A model generated the notes under the pieces. It did no database searches and had not been told where the DNA came from. It worked only from the letters and a program-made list of their open reading frames with translations. From Octopus bimaculoides (lineage: Eukaryota): a stretch of DNA of 47,573 nt. Shown here one piece after another: positions 24,111 through 36,392 of this stretch; position 1 is the stretch's first letter; each line of letters opens with the position of its first letter. A program made the position numbers and the translations under genes. The DNA lies in NCBI RefSeq assembly GCF_001194135.2, contig NC_068986.1, forward strand, positions 4,975,424 to 5,022,996, read 5' to 3'.

Positions 24111-24203
24111 CTTTCCGTATTCCCGAGCGTCATACTAATACATCCTTTTGTTATTTACACCACCTGTCCTCGTCTGTTGTTGTTTTTTCGTACATTCTCC
24201 CAT
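24074..24203 (+). mobile_element. Penelope-like terminal fragment with a minimal hammerhead-like motif, ending at (TA)n
   Basis: gaagagcgtagctcgaaacatcaaagac...tacattctccc-atatatat; reverse copy at 37144-37252. Confidence 0.6.
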
Positions 24204-24224
24204 ATATATATATGTGTGTATACC

Positions 24225-24275
<51 letters not shown>

Positions 24276-24580
24276 TATCATCATTCAACGTTTTTTGTCT
24301 ATGCTGGCATGGGTTGGACAAGTTAACCAGCGCTGGTAAGCTGAGGGAATGCACCAGACTCCAATCTGATTTGCCATGGTTTCTATGGCTAGATGCCCTT
24401 ACTAATGCCAACCAGTCTGAGAGTGTAATGGGTGCTTTTACATGCCACCGGCATGGGTGCTAGTTGTGTGACACCAATATCTGCCACAACTATGATTTCA
24501 CTTGGCTTGATGGGTCTTCTACTCAAGCATGACATAATGCCAAAGGTCTCGGTCATTTATCATTGCTTCCACGAGACCCA
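24225..24580 (-). mobile_element. Family E SINE-like repeat with long (GAT)n tail
   Basis: (cat)n...ttcaacg...catgggttggac...ctagatgcccttactaatgccaacc...caaaggtctcggtcatttatcattgc. Confidence 0.8.
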
Positions 24581-24585
24581 CCACT

Positions 24586-24699
24586 CTTATATATATGTAT
24601 ATATATGTATATGTATGGATATATGTACATATGTGTGTGTGTGTGTATGTATACATGTACATATATGTGTATGTATGTGTATGTATGTATGTATATGTG

Positions 24700-24771
<72 letters not shown>

Positions 24772-24830
24772 TATGCATATATATTTATAAGTATGTATTT
24801 GTGTGTATGTATATACATGTGTTTATATTC
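24586..24830. repeat. Compound (TA)/(TG)/(TATG) microsatellite
   Basis: Directly visible. Confidence 0.9.
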
Positions 24831-26621
24831 ATGAATTCTTACATTCCACATCTTTGATGGAAACTGTTTGAACAAAAACAGTGATACTATGCTAACATTC
24901 CCTTTTAACAAATTGCCAAACACAAGAATAAAAAGAAGAAAAATCTTTTCCTTGAATAACAGGGAAGAAAATAACAGGAAAGGCAACCACCGTAAAAATA
25001 ATATCTCAATATTAGGTGTTTGTTCAACAAATCTGAAACTAATGAAGAAACAAGCAAATATAGACAGTCGCCTGGCACATTGTGAAATGAAATCTTTGGG
25101 CAGAAATCATATGCAATAAAAATGTCTGAAAGTAAATTAACATAATGATAAAAGGTTTTGATTTTTGAATAAGAAATAATGCAAGTTGATTGTATCTACT
25201 TTTATCTCGTATTTCAATATCTCAAGGTTAGGGTCCCTTCTTCAGGAAGTCCTCAACTTGTATTATTTCTTATAATTCACATAGTTTTAGCTTTTTTAAA
25301 AAAATTAAAAACATTTATCTAGTTCAGAAAATGCTTCAGGCAATCTATACTACTTTTATAAACAGATGATAGAATGTAATTTGAGGGAGATTTAGTAACT
25401 GTTTTTTGACAGTAGAACTGATTATAGTTATGAAGAAAAACTTAAATTTTTTCTTAAAACTTTTACTATCTTACCACAAATATTCTATATCAATGACATT
25501 CATTGAAGTTTTGTAATAACACAGGACTCTTCTAACCCTCCTAGATGGTCTGTACTCAGCTTTAAAAATTGAACCCAATATTAATGTTTTTTTTTGTTTG
25601 AGATAATCAACAATGTGTTCAATATTATAGAATGTTGAATCAAATATACAGCCCATATATATATATATATATAGAAGAGTGATAAAATGTGTCTGTGAAT
25701 TAATAATCATAAAACTTTACAGTCAAACTACTTCGTGTTGTTTGATTCCTTCACATTTCAATAAAAACAGAAATAGATATTATATTTTAGTATTGATTGA
25801 AGTGTTGCAGTGTATTCATGTAACTATTGGCAATAAAGCAAATAAGACACACTGTTGCATTCTTGTTGTTGTTTAACCCCAGGTCAACTTTGGCATAGCA
25901 GACCTATGATCAAAGGTGTTCTAGAGTTGTGATTAGGTGCATATATCATCATCATCATCATCATCATCATCATCGTTATCATCATCATCATTAATGTCCA
26001 TTTTCCATGCTGGCAGGGATCGGACAATTTGACAGGATCTGGTGAGCCCCAGAACTGCATTGTGCTCTTGAAAATACCCTTCATTGTCTCCCATTACACC
26101 AATTTCCACTTAATACTTTGTCTCTCATAAGAATGATGCAATAAATACCAGACAAGGTACTGTGATTGGCATACCTACTAAAACCCTTGAAAGCTGTACT
26201 CAAGTATGGTAACAGTCCAAAGACGAATGAAAAAGAATCACATTTTCTTTTTTTGAGATGATAAAGTGTAATTTTAGAGTGATTAGCTGCTATTTCTGGC
26301 AAACTGAGGGACACATAGGGGGTTCTTTATTGGTTTGAGTTATGTTGTTTCTGTAACAACTTCCATTAAGTAGCTTCTCAATTAACTAGCATTGGAATGA
26401 TGAATTGGAAAAACTGGTACAATACCAAACATGATATCATTCAGTATTTTGTTATGACTCTTTACATTCCTAGTCCAAATCCCACCAAAGATTCTTTTAC
26501 CTTTCATCAATCTTGGGCTATTAAAATAAAGCACCAGTCATGTATTCTTAATGACCAGTATAGTCAATTCTACATGATAGAATTGACTGTACAAATTACC
26601 AGAGATGTGTGCTATTGTCCC

Positions 26622-26840
26622 AATATTGGTTTCAAATTTTGACACAAGGTCAACAATTTTGGGTGGAAGGTTAAGTCGATTACATCAACTCCAGTGTTCA
26701 ACTATGCTTATTTTATTTACCTCAAAAAGATGGAAAGCAAAGTTGACTTCAACAAAATTTGAACTCAGACCATAAAGATGGATTAAATGTGGCTAAATAT
26801 TTCACTTGGCATGCTAATGATTCTGCCTACTTGCCACCTT
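26622..26840 (-). mobile_element. Family B SINE
   Basis: Reverse complement of the 10481 and 26867 copies. Confidence 0.75.
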
Positions 26841-26866
26841 AGCCTGTTGTGCCAATATTACAAATC

Positions 26867-27084
26867 AAGGCAGCAAGCTAGCAGAACATTAGCCCATGGG
26901 GGGAAATGCTTAGTGGCATGTCATCCATCTTTACATTCTGGGTTCAAATTATACCAGGGTCAATTTTGCATTTCATCCTTTTGTGGTCGACAAAATAAGT
27001 ACCAGTTGATCACTGGAATTGATGTAATTGATTTACCCCTCCCCTAAAATTGCTGACCTGATGCCAAAATTTGAAACCAATATT
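26867..27084 (+). mobile_element. Family B SINE flanked by a 15-bp direct repeat (candidate TSD)
   Basis: ccaatattacaaatc at 26852-26866 and 27077-27091. Confidence 0.8.
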
Positions 27085-27095
27085 ACAAATCATCA

Positions 27096-27326
27096 TTAAC
27101 TCTTTTGATTCCAATCCACTAGAGATCACAGAAAGTTCTCTGATACAAGCTCCCTGTTTTAAAGTGATCTAAATTAAAATATTCCACCAAAATTGCATGT
27201 TAATTTATGTTCCAGACACCAGCTTAATGACATTAAAGTTATTTTACTAATTCCTAATTATTTTCAAAACTAATTGAAACAAGAGCAGGGTATTTCATCA
27301 AAAAGATATGGTAACAAAAGGATTAA
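27096..27326 (+). mobile_element. piggyBac-type MITE with TTAA ends
   Basis: TTAA-ctcttttgattcc ... gtaacaaaagga-TTAA; homologous to 12825-13053. Confidence 0.85.
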
Positions 27327-27489
27327 CATGTTTTTTTTGTAATCTTCATGTTTATTGTCATAAATAAAAACATCATAATCATAAATAGAATCATAATACT
27401 GTGAAGAGTATAGATTATGTTTAAGTTATACGCAAACTAAAAAGTTATAGACAAATCATAGCTAAGTTAGTGACAACTATATTCAATGT

Positions 27490-27812
27490 AGGTGCTGGTG
27501 CCATATAAAAGAACCTATGTCAGTGCCACATAAAAGTGTTTATGCTGGTGCCATGTATAAGTGTCCATGCCAGTACCACATAAAAGCACCTATGCTGGTT
27601 CAACATAAAAGTGTCCATGTGGGTTCCATGTAAAAGCACTAGAGCTGGTGTCACATAAAAGCACCCAGTACATTCTGTAAAGGGGTTGGCATTAGGAAGG
27701 GCATCTAGCTGTAGAAACCATGCCACAACAGACAATCAAAGTCTGGACAGCTCCTGTCAAACTGTCCAAACCATGCCAATGTGGAGAATGGACGTTAAAA
27801 GGTGATGATGTT
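27490..27812 (+). mobile_element. Family E repeat with internal ~23-bp VNTR
   Basis: About 7 units like gctggtgccacataaaagcacc, then ggttggcattaggaagggcatctagctgtagaaacc...ggacgttaaaaggtgatgatg. Confidence 0.75.
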
Positions 27813-28399
27813 GAGACTATCAATAAGCTAATTAAAAATAATCATGTGGTGAAGTAAAGACAAAATTAATTACTCAATGGCTAATAATGTTTTAATCATT
27901 TCAGTAATAATGGGAGAAAAATCTAGACAAGATTCAGTGTTATTAGACCTTCCCAGTCAGCAAAAATAAAGATGCTGCCATACTTGCTGAAGTAAGAATA
28001 TATGAATCATTGAATTGATGTGCAGTATTGTAACTCGGGAGGTATAAAGAATGAGCATATCTTACAAAGTTAAACTACTATTGTTAATTACTGAGACACA
28101 CCTTCTATATGTGTGTTAACATATTTAATGCAGTGAGTATAAAAAATATTATTAAAAATATTTATGTTAGTCCAATGACTAATATTTTGATAGCTATTTC
28201 AACAAATATGGGATGCAACTCTGGATATGTTTTGGTCTTATTAAACCTCTTTTATAAAGCATAGATTTCACTGTGCTTTCTGATATATTGGCAAGAGAAT
28301 CCCAAGTAAGATATGCAATACTGTTCATGAAAAGACATGAAAAACTAGCATATTTAAAAAAATAAACCAGAGTTTTATTTATTCATAATACATTAGATA

Positions 28400-28612
28400 T
28401 ACAAGGAGGTGCCAAAAAGTTCCTGGCTTTAAGGGTATTGTGAAAGGCTTGATTGGAGGCCCAACCTTCCCAACAGGGCTAAGGAAAACTTAAGGACTGT
28501 TGCAATAAGTGTGTGAATCTGAGAGGGGAATATGTTAAATAAAATCATAATTTACTGATCCTCCTATGTTTTCTTCTACCCAAAACCAGAAACTTTTCTG
28601 CACCCCTTCATA
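28400..28612. mobile_element. mariner-type MITE, inverted homolog of 19575-19797
   Basis: TAcaaggaggtgccaaaaagttcctggct ... accagaaacttttctgcaccccttcaTA. Confidence 0.85.
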
Positions 28613-30180
28613 TAGCATTTTTGGTAAATTTTCCAAATAATATACAAGAATAAAAGGTGAGTCTTTCATTATTTATTTTAATAAAGTTACTGTCTTATCG
28701 GCTGACCGTTAATCTCCTTCCTATTGACTTCCATTCTTTCTAATTCTTTTAAACCTTTTCATTTGTTTCTATTTCTTCACCCCTTCACATTCCTTCACCC
28801 CTTTCATATTCCTTCGCCCCTTTCACATAAGCTGCCAATTGCACTCTCCTGTTTTGCTCATCTGTCTTGTGATCTCTATTTCCCTGTAATCTCTTTAACC
28901 CATGCTCCATATAACAGATCATTAGAGTCCACCATCACCAATGATCTTTCTCAAGATTTCAGTTGTTAATTGTGAGCTTGACACAAGTTTAACTTCTTGG
29001 AAGAGATACAGTAGATGTAGACACACATACACACAACACATACACATATATTTCTTTCATTTCTATCTTAATAAAACCACCATCTGAACCAACAGTATCT
29101 TGTTTTCAAAACAAATGGTTCTTATATCTTATATATTTCCCAGACAGTTCTTCCTCTCACCTTTAATGCCTCAAGCCAAGCCATTCCAAGAACCATAATT
29201 TTATTTAACATTATTAACACTTCATACTGCAATTCTTCAATTAGTTCAAACATTTTGTTTCTAGTTATATTGATGCACCCACAAAATACTGACTATCTCT
29301 AAAGGAAAAAGTGTGCAAAATATATTGGCGGGTCATAAGTTGTGTGTACACATACCCATACTAATGTGTGCCTTCCTTCACACATACATAACATTTTCTT
29401 TATATATATATCACTGTCTCTGTCTATAAAACACATGCACACCTTTAGGCATCAACTACCAACAACTGTGTATCTATCACTCTGACTCTTTCATTACCAA
29501 CTTCTCAACCAACCATTTAATCACACTGTTTCTTGCCACACTCATACTGCCATCTCTTCCTCAGTCTTAGTTGTCGTTCTTCTTCTATTCCCACTTCCAG
29601 ACTGTGAACAGGAAGGGAATGATCACTAAGTGGGAAACAACTTTTAGAATCATGTTTATCTTGAAAAGAACAGAGACTACATAGAGCAGACAAGTTTCTT
29701 TTAATTTTGCAGGGGACAAAGCAAAGGCAGTCTCTCTAATGTTGATGGTATAAAATTCACCCAGTACAGCATTTAGAGCATATATATATAAATTATTTCG
29801 GACGTTAAATGATGATGATGATGATGTATGTATGTGTGTATGTATGTATGTATGTATGTATGTACACATGCATGTACACATGCATGTATGTATGTATACA
29901 CAGTCACAGATTGGTGTATAAAGAAAGAAAAGAGTACTCTTTTCATAGGAATTTCACTTTGGTATTGTTTCTATGGATGGATGCTCTTCCTAACACCAAC
30001 CATTTTATGGAGTGTCCTGAGGGTATTTTATCATAGTATCATTACTAAACATGTTGCAATATCCTTAATCTAACAAAAGTGTTCTTTCAACCCAATGTTG
30101 TCACCATTTAATCACTAGCCACTTAAATATTTCTCTGTGTGTGTGCATGTGTGTGTGTGTGACCATGATATATATTATAC

Positions 30181-31552
30181 AGAAATAATTCAGAGGTATC
30201 AAACTGATGGACTTGGTCATAAAAGTTACAGAAAGGGTTACAGCTCAACTAATTAGGAAGGGAGTTACCCTAGACAAGATGCAGTTTGGTTGTGTGCCAG
30301 GGAGAAGCACTACTGATGTTATCATCCTAGCAAGGCAACTGTAGGAGAAGCATTTAGCTAAAAATAAACCATTGTACTTGGCATTGTCAATATGAAGAAA
30401 ACATTTGACAGGGTCCCTTGCTCTTTCATTTGGTGGTTTCTGCAGATGGGTGGCCACCAAAGCCATGTACAGGGATACTGTCAGTAAGGTGAAAATTAGT
30501 AATGAGTATAGCAACAAATTTAGTGTGCAGGTAGGAATTCACCAACGCTCAGTTCTCTGCATCTGCCTGTTTATCATAGTCTTCCTGACCATAACAGGGG
30601 AATTTAAAACTGGTTACCCATGTGAGTTTCTCAATGCTGATGACCTTGTCTTATAGCTGAATCTCTTGTATGATTAGAACAGAAATTTCAGGTATGGAAG
30701 CAAGGCCTGAAAGCAAGGCCTGGAAACAAAAGCTTTAGAGTTTATTTAGCAAATACCAAAACCTTAGTAAACAGAAAAGCAGACAAATTACTAATCCCTC
30801 CAGAGCGATGGCCCTGCTTAATATGTAGAGAAGGTGTAGGTAGAAATTCCATAAGAGGTACAGTGGAATCACAGACAGGTTAACAGAGAAAGTAGTCTCT
30901 GTGTGTGGCAGATGTGCAGGAACTATAAACACTAAGAACACACAGGAAATTGATTTCTCCAATGCCCGGTGGGATCCTTTGAGATAATAGGTAGTTTCCA
31001 TTACCTAGGTAACCTAATTAGCAGTGGCAGAGGATGCTCTGAAAGCATAGTTGCTTGAATTAGAACCAGTTGGGCAAAGTTCAAAGAGCTATTACCTTTG
31101 TAAAGGTAGATTGTACAATGCTTGTGTGCAAACAACTAGAACCAGTTGGGCAAAGTTCAGAGAACTATTACCTTTGTAAAGGTAGATTGTACAATGCTTG
31201 TGTGCAAACAGCTAGAACCAGTTGGGCAAAGTTCAGAGAACTATTACCTTTGTAAAGGTAGATTGTACAATGCTTGTGTACAAACAGCAATGCTACATGG
31301 TAAAGAAATGTGGACTATGATTACAGAGGAAATGTGAAGGCTTGAAAAACGAAGCCAGCATTCCCTACTGGATGTGCAATGTCAGTGTACATGTATAATG
31401 AAGTGTAAATGCAATGGGACCAAAATTGGATATAAGAGGCATTACATGTAGTATACAAGAGAGAAGATTGTGATGATGTGGTCATCTGATGTGTATGAAT
31501 GAAGTCAGCTGCATAAAGAAATGCTGATCTCTAAATGTGGAGATGACAAAGG
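30181..31552 (+). mobile_element. Decayed RTE-clade LINE (RT domain to C-terminus) with an internal 76-bp triplication
   Basis: RGIKLMD..IKVTERVTAQLIR; MQFGCVPGRSTTDVIILARQL*EKHLAKNKPLYL; KTFDRVP; VGIHQRSVL..LFIIV...EFKTGYPCEFLNADDLVL; RWPCLICREGVGRNSIR; FHYLGNLISSGRGCSESI; MLHGKEMW. Confidence 0.92.
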
Positions 31553-31649
31553 ACCAGGATTATTAGTGATTTGCTGTGCTTAAGACAGCCAGTCTTACTT
31601 TAAAAAGTTGAGGCCATAAAGGTATGTCGTTTATATCCTGCCCTTGCAC

Positions 31650-32350
31650 ACAATCTGACCCTAACATACCTTTCCCCTACAACCCATCTTCTTGATGCCT
31701 TCCCCAACCCAGCTACACCAGTTCATTACTCACTGTATTCCCTTTCCTTCCCCTCTATTTTTCAATTCTCCCTTTGCACACAATGTGTCCCCTGTTGAAT
31801 CTCTTCCCCACAACATTTCCTCCCCTAACATCCCCTCCCTCTATTTATGTCCACTCACTACATTCCATTCCCTCCCCTCTGCCACCCACTCTCCTCTTGC
31901 AATCTCCCCCCCCCCCGGACTTACCTCCTCCACCACTTACCCTACCCAATCCTTGACTCCAACTCATTTATATACCACACCCTGTAACTTGAGTGTACCC
32001 TATCCATGACATCTTCACCATCTTCTCTCCCTCTCTTGTCCCTCTCTCCTCTCACTCTCCTCTCTCTCTCTCTCTCTCTCATCAACTCTCTTCACACTCT
32101 TCTCTCTTGCTTCTCTCTCTTCCCTCTCTCCTCACTCTTCTCTCTCTCTCTCATCAACTCTCTTCACACTCTTCTCTCTTGCTTCTCTGTCTTCCCTCTC
32201 TCCTCACTCTTCTCTCTCTCACCTTGCTCGTCTCTCTATCCTCCATCCCCTCCATCTCCTCTCTTGTACTGAGGTAGTCATATATCTCCTTTATTACAAA
32301 ACACCTATTTCTGTCCCTCTATGCATGCTCTTATCTCTCTAATCTAGCAC
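31650..32350. repeat. Long polypyrimidine tract with a 72-bp tandem duplication near 32060-32220
   Basis: atcaactctcttcacactcttctctcttgc at 32081 and 32153. Confidence 0.8.
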
Positions 32351-32391
32351 AAAGCCACCTCCTTCAATACTAGTAACCCCTACAGTTGAGG

Positions 32392-32640
32392 GATCTTGTC
32401 CTGCAAGTATTTGGTGACCTCACTGCTGCTGGGTCCATGTAAAAAGCACCTAGTACACTCTGTAAAGTGGTTGGCATTAGGAAGGGCATCCAAACATAGA
32501 AACCATGCCAAATCAGACAGTAGAGTTTGGCGCAGTCATCTGACTTGCCAGCTTATGTCACATGGTCTAATCCATGCCAGCATGGAAAGCAGACGTTAGA
32601 TGATGATGATAATGACAACAACAATGAAGATGATGATGAT
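32392..32640 (+). mobile_element. Family E repeat with (GAT)n tail, followed by (TACA)n to about 32720
   Basis: gtaaaaagcacctagtacactctgtaaagtggttggcattaggaagggcatcc...ccatgccagcatggaaagcagacgttagatgatgatgat. Confidence 0.8.
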
Positions 32641-33068
32641 ATACATACATGCATGCATACATACATACATACATACATACATACATACATACATACATAC
32701 ATACATACATACTTACATACACACATTACAAAGAAAGGAAAACATTTTTCTCTATGATAAAAAAAGATTTCTAGAAATTCATATTTCTTTCGGTTGTTAT
32801 CACTCCTTCTGACATATCTGGAAGTCAATTCACAGAGATAAGTTTTGTTTTGGTTGTAGGCATGTTTCCTATGTTACAGCATATATTTGTGTGAATTGTT
32901 AGCAAATATCTTTGGGCAACGTTGTGTTGATTTGCTGATCAGTCATTCATAATAACAGAGAGAAAAAGAAACAGAGAGAAGGATAGATAAACGTATAGAT
33001 AGATGAAGAGAGTAAGTGTGTTTGTGTGTGTGTGTGTATGTGTATGTGTGCGTGTGAGAAAGAGAGAA

Positions 33069-33114
<46 letters not shown>

Positions 33115-33584
33115 AAAGAGTAATTAGAATTGAAGTCTAAATAATTTGATGGTCTGGGTTTTGAATAATAAAATAATGGGAAATTTTCTACTTTTTTTAA
33201 TTCTTTAAAATTTGAATATATTTTATTCTGAAGTTTATGCCGTTGGAGAGTTAAATTACAGTAGTATTATCCATGACAGAGTGAGACTGTTGTGTTGTTA
33301 TTACACATACAGATAAACTAAGCTGCATCCAAAGAAACACAATTCAATTGATAAGCATGAAGTCACCCACCAATAAATTCCAGCCTCTGGTCCAGACATG
33401 TTTGTCCTCTCTGCCCTTTCTATTGCTAAGCATGATTGATGGCTGCTGCTTCTCATACATGATTGATCTTACACCATGTCCACTCAGACACTCTTCACTG
33501 AATTGTCCCACCTTCTCTTATTCCCATACTATCTCCACCACCCCATAGTCCATATTAACTGCTTTGACCAATCCTTCTTCTCCA

Positions 33585-33720
33585 GAATATCAACCAGCAG
33601 GAGGCTTACCAGTAGACCAAGAATGAGATGGTTGGATAATATTTGTAGAGTCAGTTGGTTATGCTACTGAATGCAACCATATCAGTTGCTTCTGATAGGA
33701 CCCTATAAAAGCGATGCCTG
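33585..33720 (+). mobile_element. RTE LINE extreme 3' scrap
   Basis: SRRLTSRPRMRWLDNI resembles the RTE C-terminal RGRPR.RW.D motif. Confidence 0.45.
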
Positions 33721-34124
33721 AGAAATCTACTCCCATGACCCTCCCAGAGATAGTGGGCTGAGAATATGGATGGATGGATAATCTGGAAAAGGAGGCTCTC
33801 AGAGATTCATTGAGAATACAGCTGACGCTCTCCTCAAATAATTATAAGCTGATGACAGCAAGAAAAATATCCTAATATCCCATTTTCAAGCACTGAAATC
33901 TAAGGCCACCTGTGACAAATTTCAGTAATGGAAATGAGATACTGTGATGTCCTTTTCATAGAATAATATTTCTCAAGACGCTTTTATGAATGCAGACACC
34001 TTTATCACAGTCTAATCCTTCTCAGGGCCCGATGGATGTAAAATCTTTCTTGAAAGATAATTATCCTCAAAGCAATCATTATGATGGGTTTGTTTCTGAT
34101 TTCAGACTCTGCCTTCTCTCTCTC

Positions 34125-34181
<57 letters not shown>

Positions 34182-34189
34182 GCTTTTGC

Positions 34190-35010
34190 ACAATGGGCTG
34201 GGGTGATCCGAGATTAGCAGTCCCAAAGATGTCATTGTGCATAGAGAGCCAACCAGCTCCACCAGTGTGCCCACCCACCATCACTAGCAGTCCCATTCCA
34301 GCCCCTCTGCATCCTCCAAGGTAACATTAAACCTCTGGAGATCTTCTTTAATCACGTCCACCATCTCTTGCAAAGCCTGCCATGGGACCAGTTCCAGCTC
34401 ACAGAAGCTGCATTGAATGAGTGTAAGACCCTAATAAGATGATCTGGCTGGAGGCAGAGGACATGTCCATACCAACATATGACAGATGGTTATGAGGTGG
34501 GAGGCTGTAGGCTGATGTGTGCATGCTCTTGGCTCTTCATTGGAAACATGATGGTACTACCTGATGTTCTTGGTGGTTTTCAGGGTTCTGATGTCAAGGA
34601 TGTCAAACCTCTTTACCAGGGTCTTCATGAAGGACCATGTTTCTGCTCCATAGAGGCGAACAGTGAGGACCAGCATGTAGATGTGGAGCTTCATCTTCTC
34701 TAAGATAAAGCAGTGATGTCAAAGGGGCTTCCATTGGGAGTGTGTGACCCTGATGGCCCTGATGACCCTGATGGCCCTGGTGGCCCAGCCACATTTGCGA
34801 TTGATCTCTAGGGTCAGGTCTCTATTGTTGATGACTATGGACCCCAAGGTTGATGAAGCTGACAAACTCCATGATGTCGGGGCGAATATGAAGTGGGGGA
34901 GGGTTTAGACCATCACCAACATGCATCGTCTTGGTCTTCACCCAACTCACCTGAAGCCCGAGCTTTTCGGATTCCTCTCAGTATATGGTCAGTGTATCCC
35001 TGAGCTGGTC
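34190..35010 (-). mobile_element. Decayed RTE-type LINE 3' half ending at (CT)n 34113-34180
   Basis: EESEKLGLQVSWVKTKTMHV; EFVSFINLGSIV...LEINR; MKLHIYMLVLTVRLYGAETW; HHVSNEE; DVIKEDLQRFNVTLEDAE. Confidence 0.8.
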
Positions 35011-35654
35011 GACTGACTCTGCCTTCTGGTTATCTCTAATTCTGGATCCTAAATTTGGGTATTCGTTTTTTATTTTTTAGTCAGGAAGTAAGGCAGTGCC
35101 TATAACCTTTTATAGGGAGGGTCTCTGAAAGTAGAGGGGAATATATTCTCAAATTGGAGACCTGGCATAAATACAGCATAGTGGATTCTGCTAAAGGTAA
35201 TCAAAGACCAGGTGATAAACCAAGCAATGAATGATAAAATCAGTCAAATACACAAGTAGGCTATGGTGAGAATTAAATTCAGAAGAGCCAGAACAAGTAC
35301 CACAAGCTTTCCAATTCAGCATTCTTACAGTTCTGCCAGTCTACTACCTTCAATGGTATTTTATTTATTAATCTTGAAAGAATAAAAGGCAAAGATAACC
35401 TTCACTGGATTTGAATTTGGGTTGCTCAAGTGTATATTTTCATCTCCATGTTACCACCATGCTTACTAAATATTAGATTAATTTTAAAATTGTCCTTGAG
35501 TTAATATGTATGTATAACGTAAATTTTGATTAATTAAAATTTCAGAGTTGTCTACATTTTGCTTAAACATTACTCATTAAGTCTATATTTTCCTTACATT
35601 ATTGCAAAGGCAATTTTAACAATACAGAGAGTTATTTTTATTTTTGGTTGTTTG

Positions 35655-35685
35655 TATTTGTGTGTGTGTACGTGTGTGTGTGTGT

Positions 35686-35760
<75 letters not shown>
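35655..35760. repeat. (TG)n microsatellite
   Basis: Directly visible. Confidence 0.95.
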
Positions 35761-35763
<3 letters not shown>

Positions 35764-36392
35764 CTGTATGTCATTCAACACAGAGACAATGTAGAGCATA
35801 TTTGGTTTAGGTATTGCTTCCAAATGTACTCCCTTATACATTTAGTATACCTTTAATTCATTTATCCCTTATATTCGATACCATATTTTATGATCTCTTA
35901 TACTTATCCTCCTATAATGAAGGAAATAGTCCTTGTTATTACTTTAATATATATGATGTACTTCTACTCATATAATAATTTAATTCAGTTATATATTCAT
36001 TATAGAATGTTGCTTCATGATCTTTTTAACAATTTGCTTCAGAAATGTCTTATTAATTCTTTTTATATATAGTATCTCATTATTAGGTTTTAAGTTTAAT
36101 TTCTATCCTTATTCTATATATTGATTTAGAGTTTCTCAATTTAATATATTAAATTTGCTAAGTTATAAATTACTACTTCCCGCATCCTTCAATTCTAATT
36201 TTCACCCCTACAGCTTATATTACTTATCTCTTTTGGTTTTTCATTATATTCCTCTTTATCTGATAATCTAAATAAGTATTGACCACTCTTATCATTCTTT
36301 CTGTCAGTGACTACCCCTTTCCCATCAGTCATTCTCTTACCAGCAACTCTGTGACATACCCTTTTATGTAGATAAGGTTAGATATATGGTTC

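Noticed and set aside
34603-34794. Collagen-like GHQGHQ ORF
   Set aside because: It is a 9-bp slippage repeat inside a decayed RTE LINE, read in a non-LINE frame.
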